64,000 nucleotides of DNA. Origin: Bacteroidota bacterium (GTDB taxonomy: Bacteria; Bacteroidota; Bacteroidia; JACCXN01). The stretch covers positions 6,751 to 70,750 of the forward strand of contig JACCXN010000009.1 of the NCBI GenBank assembly GCA_013696965.1. The letters run 5' to 3'. Both the position numbers and the translations under genes were made by a program. The notes under the pieces are model-generated. The model was not told the DNA's origin and searched no databases. It was given only the letters and a program-made list of their open reading frames with translations. Positions 37,526 through 47,505 of the stretch are shown here, piece after piece. Each line of letters begins with the position of its first letter. Positions within the stretch are counted from its first letter, which is position 1.

Positions 37526-38323
37526 TTATAGAAGGTAGAAAAAGGTAAATACAAATACCCATACTAAATCCACAAAATGCCAGTAAAGACCAGTTTTTTC
37601 AACCATTTCATAATGACCCTTACGTTCGAATTCTCCATCAATTACCTTTGTAAGAATTAAAATGTTAATTATAACTCCGCTAAAAACGTGGAATCCGTGA
37701 AAACCAGTTATAAAAAAGAAAAAATTAGCAAAAAGTGGCACACCATATTCATTAACTACCATATTTGCTCCATGAACTACAGTGCCTGCCTCAATCATTG
37801 CAGCAGCTTCTGCTCCGGTAACAACAGCACCATTAACACCAGGGAATTTAAGACCATCCTGGATAAATTGTACAACAGTACCATCAGCAAGCATTAATGC
37901 ACCTTGCTCAGTTCCATGAATGAAATGATACCACTCCCAAGCCTGGGAGCCAACGAAGATAAACCCTCCGATAATAGTTAATATCATCCATTTAATTACA
38001 TTTTTCTTATCCATCCTGTGACCGGCTTCTACAGCAAGAACCATAGTAACAGAACTCATAATTAATATAAAAGTCATAAGACCTACATATGCAAGTTCTA
38101 TATGTCCGGCATAAAACGGGAAATGTGTAAAAACATCTCCTGCTACGGGCCATACATCTTCAAACCTATGGCGCATAAAGCCATAAGCAGTTAATAATGC
38201 GGAAAATGTAAAAGCATCAGAAATGAGGAAAAACCACATCATCATTTTTCCGTAACTTATCTTAAAGGGAGATTGTCCTCCACCCCAAGGGTTTCCTTCA
38301 GCGGTTTGAGCTGCACCAGCCAT
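37526..38323 (-). CDS. coxC: Heme-copper oxidase subunit III.
   Basis: Seven-TM pattern; conserved subunit III motifs …GFHGFHVFSGVI… and …YWHFVDLVWVFVFTFFYL. Confidence 0.75.
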   Translation of the reverse strand: MAGAAQTAEGNPWGGGQSPFKISYGKMMMWFFLISDAFTFSALLTAYGFMRHRFEDVWPVAGDVFTHFPFYAGHIELAYVGLMTFILIMSSVTMVLAVEAGHRMDKKNVIKWMILTIIGGFIFVGSQAWEWYHFIHGTEQGALMLADGTVVQFIQDGLKFPGVNGAVVTGAEAAAMIEAGTVVHGANMVVNEYGVPLFANFFFFITGFHGFHVFSGVIINILILTKVIDGEFERKGHYEMVEKTGLYWHFVDLVWVFVFTFFYLL

Positions 38324-38379
38324 ACTTATTCTAGGTTTTAGTTAAAAATGTAATCTGTTATAAAATATTTTGTGCAAGT

Positions 38380-38961
38380 TTAACGAATTAAAAGCAAAAA
38401 GAGGAACAAATATATCCACAAAAAATCTAAAAAATGCCAATAAATAGAACACAACTGCAAACCTAGCAGATTTTTTGAATGATAAATATTATATAATGCC
38501 CTTACTCCTGTAATGAGCAAAGCAGCTAATCCGCCCAGTACATGAGCAAGATGAAGCCCGGAAAGAACATACAAATAAGAACCAGAGGCATTTCCCCCAG
38601 AAAAATAAATATCCTGAGAAATCAAATCTTTCCACCCTGAAAATTGAAAGCCAACAAAAGCAACTCCTAGAACAAAGGTTAACCATATAAATGATTTTAC
38701 CCTTGCCATATCATCTCTTTTAGCTGCACTCATGGCCATGTTCATGGTTATGCTGCTTAACAAAAGCACGGCTGTACTAAAATAAAACATTTGAGGCAAT
38801 GCAAAATCCTGCCAGTTTCCTTCGGCCATACGTACTATATACGCACTGGTAAGACCGGCAAACATCATTATTATACTTACCAACCCTACCCATAGAAGGG
38901 TTTTCTTTGCCTTTTTCCTGAGCTCTAACTCTTCCTGAGGACTTCTTAATGCCATTTCCAT
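38380..38961 (-). CDS. Heme-copper oxidase subunit III-family paralog (a shorter, 5-TM form).
   Basis: …LSGLHLAHVLGGL…IYWHFLDFLWIYLFLFLLL matches the subunit III family C-terminal signature. Confidence 0.6.
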   Translation of the reverse strand: MEMALRSPQEELELRKKAKKTLLWVGLVSIIMMFAGLTSAYIVRMAEGNWQDFALPQMFYFSTAVLLLSSITMNMAMSAAKRDDMARVKSFIWLTFVLGVAFVGFQFSGWKDLISQDIYFSGGNASGSYLYVLSGLHLAHVLGGLAALLITGVRALYNIYHSKNLLGLQLCSIYWHFLDFLWIYLFLFLLLIR

Positions 38962-38964
38962 TAA

Positions 38965-39858
38965 TTATAATTTATCCATTAATATTAATAACTGCACAAT
39001 TGGAAGGAAAATAAAAGAAGCGAACATTAAACGCGAAGCATCTTTTGTTGAACAGTTACTGTAAACTTTATAAGCCATAAATGCAAAAACTGAAGCGCAA
39101 ATAAATATAATAACTGCCGAAATATTTCCTGACATTTTGAACATTAATGGTAGTAAACTAATCGGTATAAGTCCGAGTGAATAAATAAAAATTTGAAATC
39201 CGCTACTTTTATCTCTTCCTGCTTCAGATGGCAACATTTTGAAGCCTGCTTTGCGGTAATCCTCATCAATTACCCAGGCAATGGCCCAAAAGTGGGGAAA
39301 TTGCCAAATAAACTGAATTGCAAAAAGTATTAGTCCCTGCACATCTATTGCATTGGTTGCTGCTACATACCCCAATAAAGGTGGAATTGCACCTGGAAAA
39401 GCTCCTACAAAAACGGCAAATGGGGTTACTTTTTTTAATGGGGTATAAAGTGTAGTATACAATAACAATGCTAGTAAGCCAAGTATTCCACTTAAGGGAT
39501 TCATGAAAAACCACAGTATAAAAATACCAATAACACCCATTAAAGATGCAAGCACCAAAGCCTCTGGTATGCTCATTCGTTCCTGTGGCAGTGGTCTGTT
39601 TTTGGTTCTTGTCATTAACTTATCAGTTTCCTTTTCCATAATTTGGTTAAAACCATTAGAGGAACCAGTAACAAGAAAACCTCCTATTACTAGCCATATC
39701 AGCTTTGTCCAGTCAAGATTTGAGGAGCCATAAATAAAGCAAATAACAGCAGAAAAAACTACAAGTGATGTAAGTCGGAATTTAATAAACTGAAAGTAAT
39801 CAGATATCTTTGCCGTGATATTGAATTTTTCTTGGGTGTATATTTCTTCAGCCAGCAA
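38965..39858 (-). CDS. ctaB: Protoheme IX farnesyltransferase (heme O synthase).
   Basis: UbiA-family motifs …GFNQIMEKETDKLMTRTKNRPLP… and a polytopic membrane topology; 297 aa. Confidence 0.9.
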   Translation of the reverse strand: MLAEEIYTQEKFNITAKISDYFQFIKFRLTSLVVFSAVICFIYGSSNLDWTKLIWLVIGGFLVTGSSNGFNQIMEKETDKLMTRTKNRPLPQERMSIPEALVLASLMGVIGIFILWFFMNPLSGILGLLALLLYTTLYTPLKKVTPFAVFVGAFPGAIPPLLGYVAATNAIDVQGLILFAIQFIWQFPHFWAIAWVIDEDYRKAGFKMLPSEAGRDKSSGFQIFIYSLGLIPISLLPLMFKMSGNISAVIIFICASVFAFMAYKVYSNCSTKDASRLMFASFIFLPIVQLLILMDKL

Positions 39859-39984
39859 AATTGCGTATTGTATAAGATTCTTTAGGGTTGCAATTTTACC
39901 AAAAAAATGCTAAACCGCCAAGAATTTGCAACTAGAAATTATAAATTATTTTGCACAAGGGGCAGTTCCATAACTTTTTCCATC

Positions 39985-41616
39985 CTACCTATCATAGTAA
40001 GCGTTAAAAAGAGTTGTACGAATTCCGGCATAAATAAAATGTGTTTTTTGCCTGTTGTCAATAAGCCCCTGCCACATCTCTCTGCCGGTATAGCCAATTT
40101 CTGCCTGTATATTACTTTTAGTGTTTATTAAGTAAGAAACTTTAAAATCTTTTACCAGCAAGTAGGTCTTTATTCCCTGTCCGGTATAATGTCCATGCTC
40201 ATATGGTCTTTCACGGTAGGAACGGTAAATGTCTCTGCCATAATAAACATTATTCAAATCAGAACCAAAATCAGTGTATACAAGTTTTGCCTCTAAGGAC
40301 AACCTGTTACGGAAATACCTTAAAATAGCCAGGGACTCCTTGAAATTGGCCCCTAATGGATGGGCTAAAGGTTGATTGAAGTGCCCGTAATTTTGGTAAA
40401 CGCTTCCATGGGAATACGTGTAAGGCCGGGTAAAATTATACTCTGCTTGTAGTTGAAGATTTTTAATGGTTAAAAAATCAAACCATTTGTAACCCAGCTG
40501 GAATCCATATTTATTTGCCCACCAGCCCCACTTCCTTGTAGAATCTGGAAGTATTGCCTGGATAACATCTGAACGAATTTCTTTGAGCAAAAACTCATCA
40601 ATAAAGGCTTGCCCATAAATTAAATGCTTATTAAATAATTTGTATTTAAAATTAAGTCCCATTAAAACATTATCTCCTGATCCTACTGAATATTCAACAG
40701 GACGGTAAAAAATAACCGGGTTCAGATAATTAATATCATAAGTGAATTTCTGCCCTAGTGTATCCCTGTTTTCAAAAATAACAGCCTCGAAAACACCAAT
40801 ATTTAAACGCTTTCCAATATTTAAACTTAAGAAATGAAATGTTCCGTATTTGTTGTAAAAGGAGCTGGAATTGCCTAAAGAACCACTAATGTCACTTAAA
40901 TTAGTAAAAAGGTTTACGTACTGAAGTTTCCAAATTGTAGTTGTGATTTTAAAATAGGGATAACTGTATGCATTATCAGAAAGCAACAAGGAACGATAGC
41001 CATCGCCAATAAAATTTCTACCAAAGCCGGCCTGCAGGTCAACATACTTAATTGGGGAGTAGGACAAATAACCGCTATTGTTTTTATAATTCCAGGAATT
41101 GCCTCTTTCATTAGCATAAGCACCTCCTGGAACAACCTTTTCATTGTCAACTATGGAATCCAAATAAGAAGGAAAAATAGAATTTCCCTGAGAAAAAACA
41201 GTATTGAAATGCAATTTGTTTCCCAATGACACATCAAATGAAGCTCCATAAGCAGATTCAAAAGGAATTACTGTGTTTGCAGTTTCAAAACCGCTTATCA
41301 AATTAATTACAGGATTAACCTTTATTGATAATATTCCTCTTTTGTATGCTAATAGATTTTCATTAAAAAAGCGATTTGCAAACTTTGATTCGCTTTGCTT
41401 TTCCAGGGAATGGTTTATGGAATCAATTGCAAGCAATTCACTTAATTTAGAAATCTGGTAAGGTTTGCTTGCAGTATGGAAACCAACATCCTTACTATTT
41501 AGAAATGCATCGTATCGGCTTAATATATTTTTATTTAGCGATGCGTTTTGAGCGTGCATCTGAAAAATTTGCATCAGGGCAAATGCGATAAGAAATATTC
41601 TTACAAAATTTTTCAA
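39985..41616 (-). CDS. Predicted outer-membrane beta-barrel protein; possibly a capsule-assembly Wzi-like family member. Paralog of 42759-44366.
   Basis: Signal peptide, Tyr/Gly/Asn-rich beta-strand-like sequence, aromatic C-terminus. It is collinear with the paralog (FHFLSLNIGKRLNIGVFEAVIF vs FHYLSFNATKRLQIGVFEGIIW; LAHPLGANFKE vs LAHPLGAGFKE). It lies in a polysaccharide locus and overlaps the GT gene by 4 bp. Confidence 0.45.
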   Translation of the reverse strand: MKNFVRIFLIAFALMQIFQMHAQNASLNKNILSRYDAFLNSKDVGFHTASKPYQISKLSELLAIDSINHSLEKQSESKFANRFFNENLLAYKRGILSIKVNPVINLISGFETANTVIPFESAYGASFDVSLGNKLHFNTVFSQGNSIFPSYLDSIVDNEKVVPGGAYANERGNSWNYKNNSGYLSYSPIKYVDLQAGFGRNFIGDGYRSLLLSDNAYSYPYFKITTTIWKLQYVNLFTNLSDISGSLGNSSSFYNKYGTFHFLSLNIGKRLNIGVFEAVIFENRDTLGQKFTYDINYLNPVIFYRPVEYSVGSGDNVLMGLNFKYKLFNKHLIYGQAFIDEFLLKEIRSDVIQAILPDSTRKWGWWANKYGFQLGYKWFDFLTIKNLQLQAEYNFTRPYTYSHGSVYQNYGHFNQPLAHPLGANFKESLAILRYFRNRLSLEAKLVYTDFGSDLNNVYYGRDIYRSYRERPYEHGHYTGQGIKTYLLVKDFKVSYLINTKSNIQAEIGYTGREMWQGLIDNRQKTHFIYAGIRTTLFNAYYDR

Positions 41617-42680
41617 GTAGCCAGGACTGCTTTATTTTTAACTTTTTTAAAGACAAAAGGTATTTGTGCAACCAAAATTGCAAAACCTGCAACAACAACA
41701 AAAGCCATTGTAGCTCCCATTTTTTGAGCCATAAAGGCTAATGCAATAGTAGAAATACTATAAAGGTATATCACAATTACAGTTTGTCTTTGATTGAGAC
41801 CAATATCTAACAGCCTGTGATGAATGTGATTTTTATCTGCAGAAAAAGGAGAAACGCCTCTAACGGTCCGGTAAATAAAAATTCTTAGTGTATCTACTAA
41901 AGGATAAACAAGAATGGATAATGCCAGGATGGGTTTTGAAACATTTGCTAACTCGGCTGGCAGATATGCTACATTAAATTCAATCATTTTTATTGCCAGT
42001 AAAGAAAAAATAAAGCCCAGAGTAAGTGATCCGGAATCTCCCATAAAAATTTTGGCGGGAGAGAAATTATAAAACATAAATGCCAAGAGTGCTCCACCAA
42101 GAGAAATGGCCAAAACAGCCATTTCATTATTACCAGCAGTAAAAAACCAGAACCCAAAAGCAAACGAGGCAATTACGCCAACTCCCGAGGCCAATCCATC
42201 CACTCCATCAATAAGGTTAAATGCATTTACAATTACAATATATGCATACAAAGAAAGGAAAACGCTTGCCCAATGCGGAATATCCCTTATTCCAAAAAGA
42301 CCATACAAGCTGGTAATTCTCACATCTGCCATCATTATTAGCATTAAGCCAACCAAAACGTGAGCTAAAAGTTTTTTAACCGGTGCAGTACCTATTATAT
42401 CATCTTTAACGCCCACAAAAAACAATAACAGTCCTCCTGCTATTACATATTTAAGATTTTCAGGTGATTGTCCTGGGTACCAAAGTGAATATGTAAATAA
42501 AGCAGCCGCGAAAATAATAATCCCACCAATAGAAGGAATTCTCCTGGTATGGAGCTTTCTATCATCATCCGGGTTATCGGTTAAGCCCTTCATAATTGCA
42601 ACTTTTATAAGTGCAGGTGTAGAAAGCAACACGATAAAAAAAGAAGTTAAAAATGTGAGTACAAGCAGTTCCAAGTTCAT
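41613..42680 (-). CDS. MraY/WecA-family (GT4) undecaprenyl-phosphate N-acetylhexosamine-1-phosphate transferase, WbpL-type initiating transferase.
   Basis: Polytopic membrane protein with family motifs …NAFNLIDGVDGLASG… and …IFMGDSGSLTLGF…; 355 aa. Confidence 0.85.
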   Translation of the reverse strand: MNLELLVLTFLTSFFIVLLSTPALIKVAIMKGLTDNPDDDRKLHTRRIPSIGGIIIFAAALFTYSLWYPGQSPENLKYVIAGGLLLFFVGVKDDIIGTAPVKKLLAHVLVGLMLIMMADVRITSLYGLFGIRDIPHWASVFLSLYAYIVIVNAFNLIDGVDGLASGVGVIASFAFGFWFFTAGNNEMAVLAISLGGALLAFMFYNFSPAKIFMGDSGSLTLGFIFSLLAIKMIEFNVAYLPAELANVSKPILALSILVYPLVDTLRIFIYRTVRGVSPFSADKNHIHHRLLDIGLNQRQTVIVIYLYSISTIALAFMAQKMGATMAFVVVAGFAILVAQIPFVFKKVKNKAVLAT

Positions 42681-42758
42681 TTAAGCTAAAGGGTCAACAA
42701 AATTGCATATAATTCTTGAATTTTCTATTAGGTAACGCTGTTTTTAAACTTAATTATA

Positions 42759-44366
42759 TTAAAAGTCATAATACCTGTTGAATAAATCCGTTCGCAATGC
42801 AAAAAACAAAATTCGGCTTTCCTGTCTTCTGTTTACATTTGCACTGATTCTTTCAGAAAAACCAACCATTATTTTCATATTCGTTTTCCGGTTAATAATA
42901 TACCCAACTGAAATCTCTTTCCAAAACAAGGATGCTTCCAAAGACTTATCAGGCAATTGGGTTCCGGATAATTCTCCCTGAGCTAAAAAAATATTGCCAC
43001 CATTATTATAACCGGAAGTATCATAATTCATTGTGGCATAATTAAATTTTACACCCAGGAACAAATCCTTTATTCCATAATCAATAAAACCTACAAATTC
43101 TTTAAACCCTGCACCAAGTGGATGAGCTAGAGATTGATTATAGTGCCCGTAATTTTGAATCGGATTTTGAAAAGAATAGGTATAAGGCTCTACAGAATTG
43201 AATTCTGACTGAAGGTGTAGGTTTTTAATCGAAAACAAATCAAAAGTTTTAAAACCAGCCTGCCATCCATAATCATTTGTTTTCAGTCCATTTATTAAAA
43301 ACTGTCCGTAAAGTGTGGTTTTATTCAGGAGCTTATATTTAATATTTATTCCTGTAAAAACATTATTTAAAGTATCATTTAGTAATGCCACAGTATTAAC
43401 AAAAATTACTGGATTGTAAAAAAGCGGGCTTACCTTTTGAGGGTAATTGTTTTCCGAGGCTTTCCATATAATTCCTTCAAAAACCCCAATCTGCAATCTT
43501 TTAGTGGCATTGAAACTCAGGTAGTGGAAAGTGCCTTGTTTTCTTATAAATAATTCCTCCCTTTGCGACACAACCTGAGTTTTCATTCGAATCAATGTTT
43601 GAAGAGAACTATATATATTGGTGTAATTTAAACGGTTTTTAAAAAATGCGGTATTGATTTTAAGGTAAGGATAAACAAAAGCATTATCGGAAAGTATTAA
43701 GGAACGATAACCTTCTCCTATGAAATGGTTTCCATGGCCAAGTTGAAGGTTTATGTTTTTAATGGGAGAATAGGATACGTTTCCTGAAGCCCAGGCATAA
43801 TCATAACCGGATTTTTTAAACTCCTTTACCCTCCCCTGACCAGGCACAACACCCCATTGCTGCACATAATCATCAAGGTAACTTACAAAAAAAGATTGGT
43901 TTTCAAGGAAAGTAGTTTCAAAAGAAAACTTAGTAGTAATATCTCCGCTGGCCCTAAATCCTCTGGAATTTGTATAAAAACTGGAAGTATCAGCCCTTAA
44001 AGAAACATCTGCATTATCCTGATGAAATGAAAAATTAAAAAGCGGATCAATATGAAGTTTGAAATCTCCAGTATCAACATGAATTAAACTTTCGTATTTT
44101 ATTTTCCTGGCAAATTTTGATTGAAATTGCCTGTGTTTTTGAATTTCATTTTCACTATTTGCAATGGAATCGCTATTAATTAATGAGCCAAGATAAGGCT
44201 TTACAGCTGTATGAGAGGAATTTCCAGGATGAGCAAGATGCTTTTCAATATTTAAAAGATAAGACCTGTTTAAGGGAAGATTTTCCTGCTGCGCATTTCC
44301 AACAAGAGGAAAAATCAAAAGAAAAATCAGAATATACTTGAAAAAATTCAAAAAGGTAGAAATCAT
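42759..44366 (-). CDS. Predicted outer-membrane beta-barrel protein, paralog of 39985-41616 (Wzi-like?).
   Basis: See 39985-41616; 535 aa with signal peptide MISTFLNFFKYILIFLLIFPLVGNAQ. Confidence 0.45.
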   Translation of the reverse strand: MISTFLNFFKYILIFLLIFPLVGNAQQENLPLNRSYLLNIEKHLAHPGNSSHTAVKPYLGSLINSDSIANSENEIQKHRQFQSKFARKIKYESLIHVDTGDFKLHIDPLFNFSFHQDNADVSLRADTSSFYTNSRGFRASGDITTKFSFETTFLENQSFFVSYLDDYVQQWGVVPGQGRVKEFKKSGYDYAWASGNVSYSPIKNINLQLGHGNHFIGEGYRSLILSDNAFVYPYLKINTAFFKNRLNYTNIYSSLQTLIRMKTQVVSQREELFIRKQGTFHYLSFNATKRLQIGVFEGIIWKASENNYPQKVSPLFYNPVIFVNTVALLNDTLNNVFTGINIKYKLLNKTTLYGQFLINGLKTNDYGWQAGFKTFDLFSIKNLHLQSEFNSVEPYTYSFQNPIQNYGHYNQSLAHPLGAGFKEFVGFIDYGIKDLFLGVKFNYATMNYDTSGYNNGGNIFLAQGELSGTQLPDKSLEASLFWKEISVGYIINRKTNMKIMVGFSERISANVNRRQESRILFFALRTDLFNRYYDF

Positions 44367-44387
44367 TGCATTAGCTCAACTACAAAG

Positions 44388-45323
44388 TTACTCAAAAACT
44401 TTTGAAGTTTCAACTTCTTTATATACAGATTTTACACCTTCTTCTAGCCCTATGAGGTGCTTCCAGCCCATTTTATGGATCTTGGCAACGTCAAGTAATT
44501 TTTTAGGCGTGCCATCAGGTTTACTGGTATCAAATTTAATTTCACCTTCAAATCCGGTTATCTGCTTTACTAGCATGGCGAGCTCTTTAATTGTTAAATC
44601 CTTACCAGTGCCAATATTCACAAATTCCGAATCATTGTAGTTTAACATCAGAAAAAAACAAGCATCTGCAAGGTCATCCACATGAAGAAACTCTCTCATA
44701 GGTGCGCCTGTCCCCCATATTTCAACTACTTCCCTGTTCTCGATTTTAGCTGTATGAAATTTTCTAATCAAGGCAGGCAAAACATGTGAATTCTTAAGGT
44801 CGTAATTGTCGTTAGGCCCATACAAATTCGTAGGCATGGCACTTATAAAATTACATCCATATTGACTTCTATAAGTTTCACACATTTTTATACCTGCTAT
44901 TTTAGCAATGGCATAAGGTTCATTGGTTGGTTCAAGAGGGCCGGTTAACAGATATTCTTCTTTTAAAGGCTGAGGAGCAAGTTTGGGATATATACATGAA
45001 GAACCTAAAAACAATAACTTTTTTACTTTATTTAAATAAGAGGCATGAATTACATTGTTTTGTATTTGAAGGTTTTCATAAAGAAATTCCCCCCTGTAAA
45101 TATTATTTGCCAATATTCCGCCTACTTTGGCAGCTGCCAAAAAAACATAATCAGGTTTTTCATGGTTAAAAAAATCAAAAACATCTTGCTGGTTTCTTAA
45201 ATCCAACTCCATAGATGTACGGGTAATAATGTTATTAAACCCTGATGCATCTAATTTTCTAACTAATGCGGAACCAACCATGCCACGATGGCCTGCTACA
45301 TATATCTTTGCTTGTTTTTCCAA
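44388..45323 (-). CDS. fcl: GDP-L-fucose synthase (GDP-4-keto-6-deoxymannose 3,5-epimerase/4-reductase).
   Basis: N-terminus [19 protein letters not shown] and …[20 protein letters not shown]…; 311 aa. Confidence 0.9.
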   Translation of the reverse strand: MEKQAKIYVAGHRGMVGSALVRKLDASGFNNIITRTSMELDLRNQQDVFDFFNHEKPDYVFLAAAKVGGILANNIYRGEFLYENLQIQNNVIHASYLNKVKKLLFLGSSCIYPKLAPQPLKEEYLLTGPLEPTNEPYAIAKIAGIKMCETYRSQYGCNFISAMPTNLYGPNDNYDLKNSHVLPALIRKFHTAKIENREVVEIWGTGAPMREFLHVDDLADACFFLMLNYNDSEFVNIGTGKDLTIKELAMLVKQITGFEGEIKFDTSKPDGTPKKLLDVAKIHKMGWKHLIGLEEGVKSVYKEVETSKVFE

Positions 45324-45346
45324 TTTAACTTTTCTTTAACTGATTC

Positions 45347-46441
45347 TTATTCATAAGAATTTAAAACCTTATGCCCACCTTCCAATAAATATTTATCTCT
45401 TTTGAAAAGCTCCAAATCTGAAAGCACCATTTCCTTTACAAGTTGTTCAACCGTAATTTCAGGTTCCCAACCCATATTTGCTTTTGCTTTAGAGTAATCT
45501 CCAACCAATAAATCTACTTCTGTTGGACGGAAATATTTGGGATCAATTTCAACTATAACTTTTCCAGTTGCAGCGTTAATTCCCTTTTCATCAACTCCTT
45601 TTCCCTTCCATTCAATTTTAATATTCATATGTTCAAAAGCCATTTCAATAAACCTTCTCACAGAAACTTTTCGTCCAGTTGCAAGAACATAATCGTCTGC
45701 TGTTTCCTGTTGTAGCATCAACCACATTCCTTTTACATAATCTCTTGCATGACCCCAATCTCTTTCCGAATCAATATTACCCATAAATACCTTTTCTTGC
45801 AACCCCAAACTTATACGGGCTGCTGCTCTTGTTATCTTCCTTGTAACAAAGGTCTCTCCTCTTACCGGGCTCTCATGATTGAACAAAATTCCATTGCAGG
45901 CATACATGTTATAAGCCTCCCTGTAGTTCTTTACTATCCAAAAAGCATACAATTTGGCCACTCCGTATGGACTACGGGGATAAAATGGAGTAGTTTCCTT
46001 TTGAGGCACTTCTTGCACTTTCCCATACAATTCAGAGGTGGAGGCTTGATAAAACCTGGTTTTTTCCTCTAACTTCAATATTCTCATTGCCTCAAGTAAA
46101 CGAAGTGTGCCTAATGCATCTGAATTAGCAGTATACTCAGGAGTTTCAAAAGAAACCTTAACATGAGACTGGGCGGCAAGATTGTAAATTTCATCCGGTT
46201 GTACATCTTGTACAATTCTTATAATATTTGTTGAATCAGTAAGATCCCCATAATGCAAAGTAAAATTTACTTTTTCTTCATGTGGATCTTTATATAAATG
46301 ATCTATTCTATCCGTATTAAAAAGGGAGCTTCTTCTTTTAATTCCGTGAACTATATATCCCTTGGAGAGAAGCAGTTCACTTAAATAAGCTCCATCCTGC
46401 CCAGTGACTCCTGTAATTAACGCAACTTTTTTCTTTGACAT
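45347..46441 (-). CDS. gmd: GDP-mannose 4,6-dehydratase.
   Basis: [22 protein letters not shown]…[33 protein letters not shown]…[20 protein letters not shown]; 364 aa. Confidence 0.95.
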   Translation of the reverse strand: MSKKKVALITGVTGQDGAYLSELLLSKGYIVHGIKRRSSLFNTDRIDHLYKDPHEEKVNFTLHYGDLTDSTNIIRIVQDVQPDEIYNLAAQSHVKVSFETPEYTANSDALGTLRLLEAMRILKLEEKTRFYQASTSELYGKVQEVPQKETTPFYPRSPYGVAKLYAFWIVKNYREAYNMYACNGILFNHESPVRGETFVTRKITRAAARISLGLQEKVFMGNIDSERDWGHARDYVKGMWLMLQQETADDYVLATGRKVSVRRFIEMAFEHMNIKIEWKGKGVDEKGINAATGKVIVEIDPKYFRPTEVDLLVGDYSKAKANMGWEPEITVEQLVKEMVLSDLELFKRDKYLLEGGHKVLNSYE

Positions 46442-46462
46442 TTTTCTTACTTTTATTATTTG

Positions 46463-47350
46463 TTAATATCCTGCTTTTGACGATCCTATGTTTTCAACCG
46501 GATGCCAGGTTGTTTTTATTTCAAGGGTATCTAAAATCAGTTCCGGGCCTTGAGATTCTTGCTTATTCCAATCAATAGTGTCATAAACAAAAACTCTTTT
46601 CATATTGTTAACGGCTGTTTGCTGAATTACTTTTATTTCTTCCTTATTGTCTCTTGCATATACAACCGCATTTACATCCATATGCGATGCAAAATGAGTA
46701 TGCAATTCCTTACTCTTGCCTGTCAAAATATTTATTACCCCTCCAGGCACATCAGAAGTGACTAAAACCTCAGCAAAAGAAACAGCACATAAAGGTTTAT
46801 TTTCAGAAGCAAGCACTATGCAAGTATTGCCACCGGCAATCGCAGGTGCTACTACTGAAACCAATCCCAGCAAAGAAGTTTTTTCAGATGCAATAATTGC
46901 AACCACGCCAGTTGGTTCAGGAACTGAAAAATTAAAATGAGAGGAAGCAACAGGATTTACAGAACTGTAAATCTGTGTAAACTTATCGCACCATCCAGCA
47001 TAATAAACAAGCCTGTCAATGGCAAGATCAACCTCAACTTCTGCAGCTTTGTTAGTTCCTCCCTGAAAAACGATTTCAGAAATGAATTGCGCTTTCCTTC
47101 CTTCCAGCATTTCAGCAATTCTGTATAAAATCTGGCTGCGATTAAAAGCAGATCTGTTACTCCAATCACCAAAGGCTTTGCGCGCTTCAACTACTGCATT
47201 TCTAAAATCCTTTCTTGAAGAAAGACAAATGTTCGCTAAATGCTTCCCCTGCTTGTTTTCTAAAGGATAAAACCTTCCTGATTCAGTTCTTGGGAATTTT
47301 CCTCCAATATATATTTTATATGTTTTTAAGATTTCCAATCGCTTCATCAC
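46463..47350 (-). CDS. Aldehyde-dehydrogenase-like protein lacking the catalytic Cys/Glu region and the C-terminal third (non-catalytic paralog or truncated gene).
   Basis: ALDH N-terminal and NAD-binding-region similarity (…YKIYIGGKFPRT…, …DVPGGVINILTG…), but no ELGGK or catalytic Cys segment. It is only about 295 aa from MKRLEIL, and the adjacent full-length ALDH has FNQGHVCCAGSRLFV. I moved the start to the internal Met because the upstream part of the ORF looks like read-through. Confidence 0.55.
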   Translation of the reverse strand: MMKRLEILKTYKIYIGGKFPRTESGRFYPLENKQGKHLANICLSSRKDFRNAVVEARKAFGDWSNRSAFNRSQILYRIAEMLEGRKAQFISEIVFQGGTNKAAEVEVDLAIDRLVYYAGWCDKFTQIYSSVNPVASSHFNFSVPEPTGVVAIIASEKTSLLGLVSVVAPAIAGGNTCIVLASENKPLCAVSFAEVLVTSDVPGGVINILTGKSKELHTHFASHMDVNAVVYARDNKEEIKVIQQTAVNNMKRVFVYDTIDWNKQESQGPELILDTLEIKTTWHPVENIGSSKAGY

Positions 47351-47505
47351 TGAATTTGAGTAAATAGAGAATTTCAAAGATATAATAAATAGGTTATTTC
47401 TGCCTAATAAAACCAACAAAAAAACTTCTTGAATTTGGTGTATACCTAAGCAATATTTAAAAAAGAGGTTAAATTAATTGCCCAAATTCATCACCACAAA
47501 TAGGA

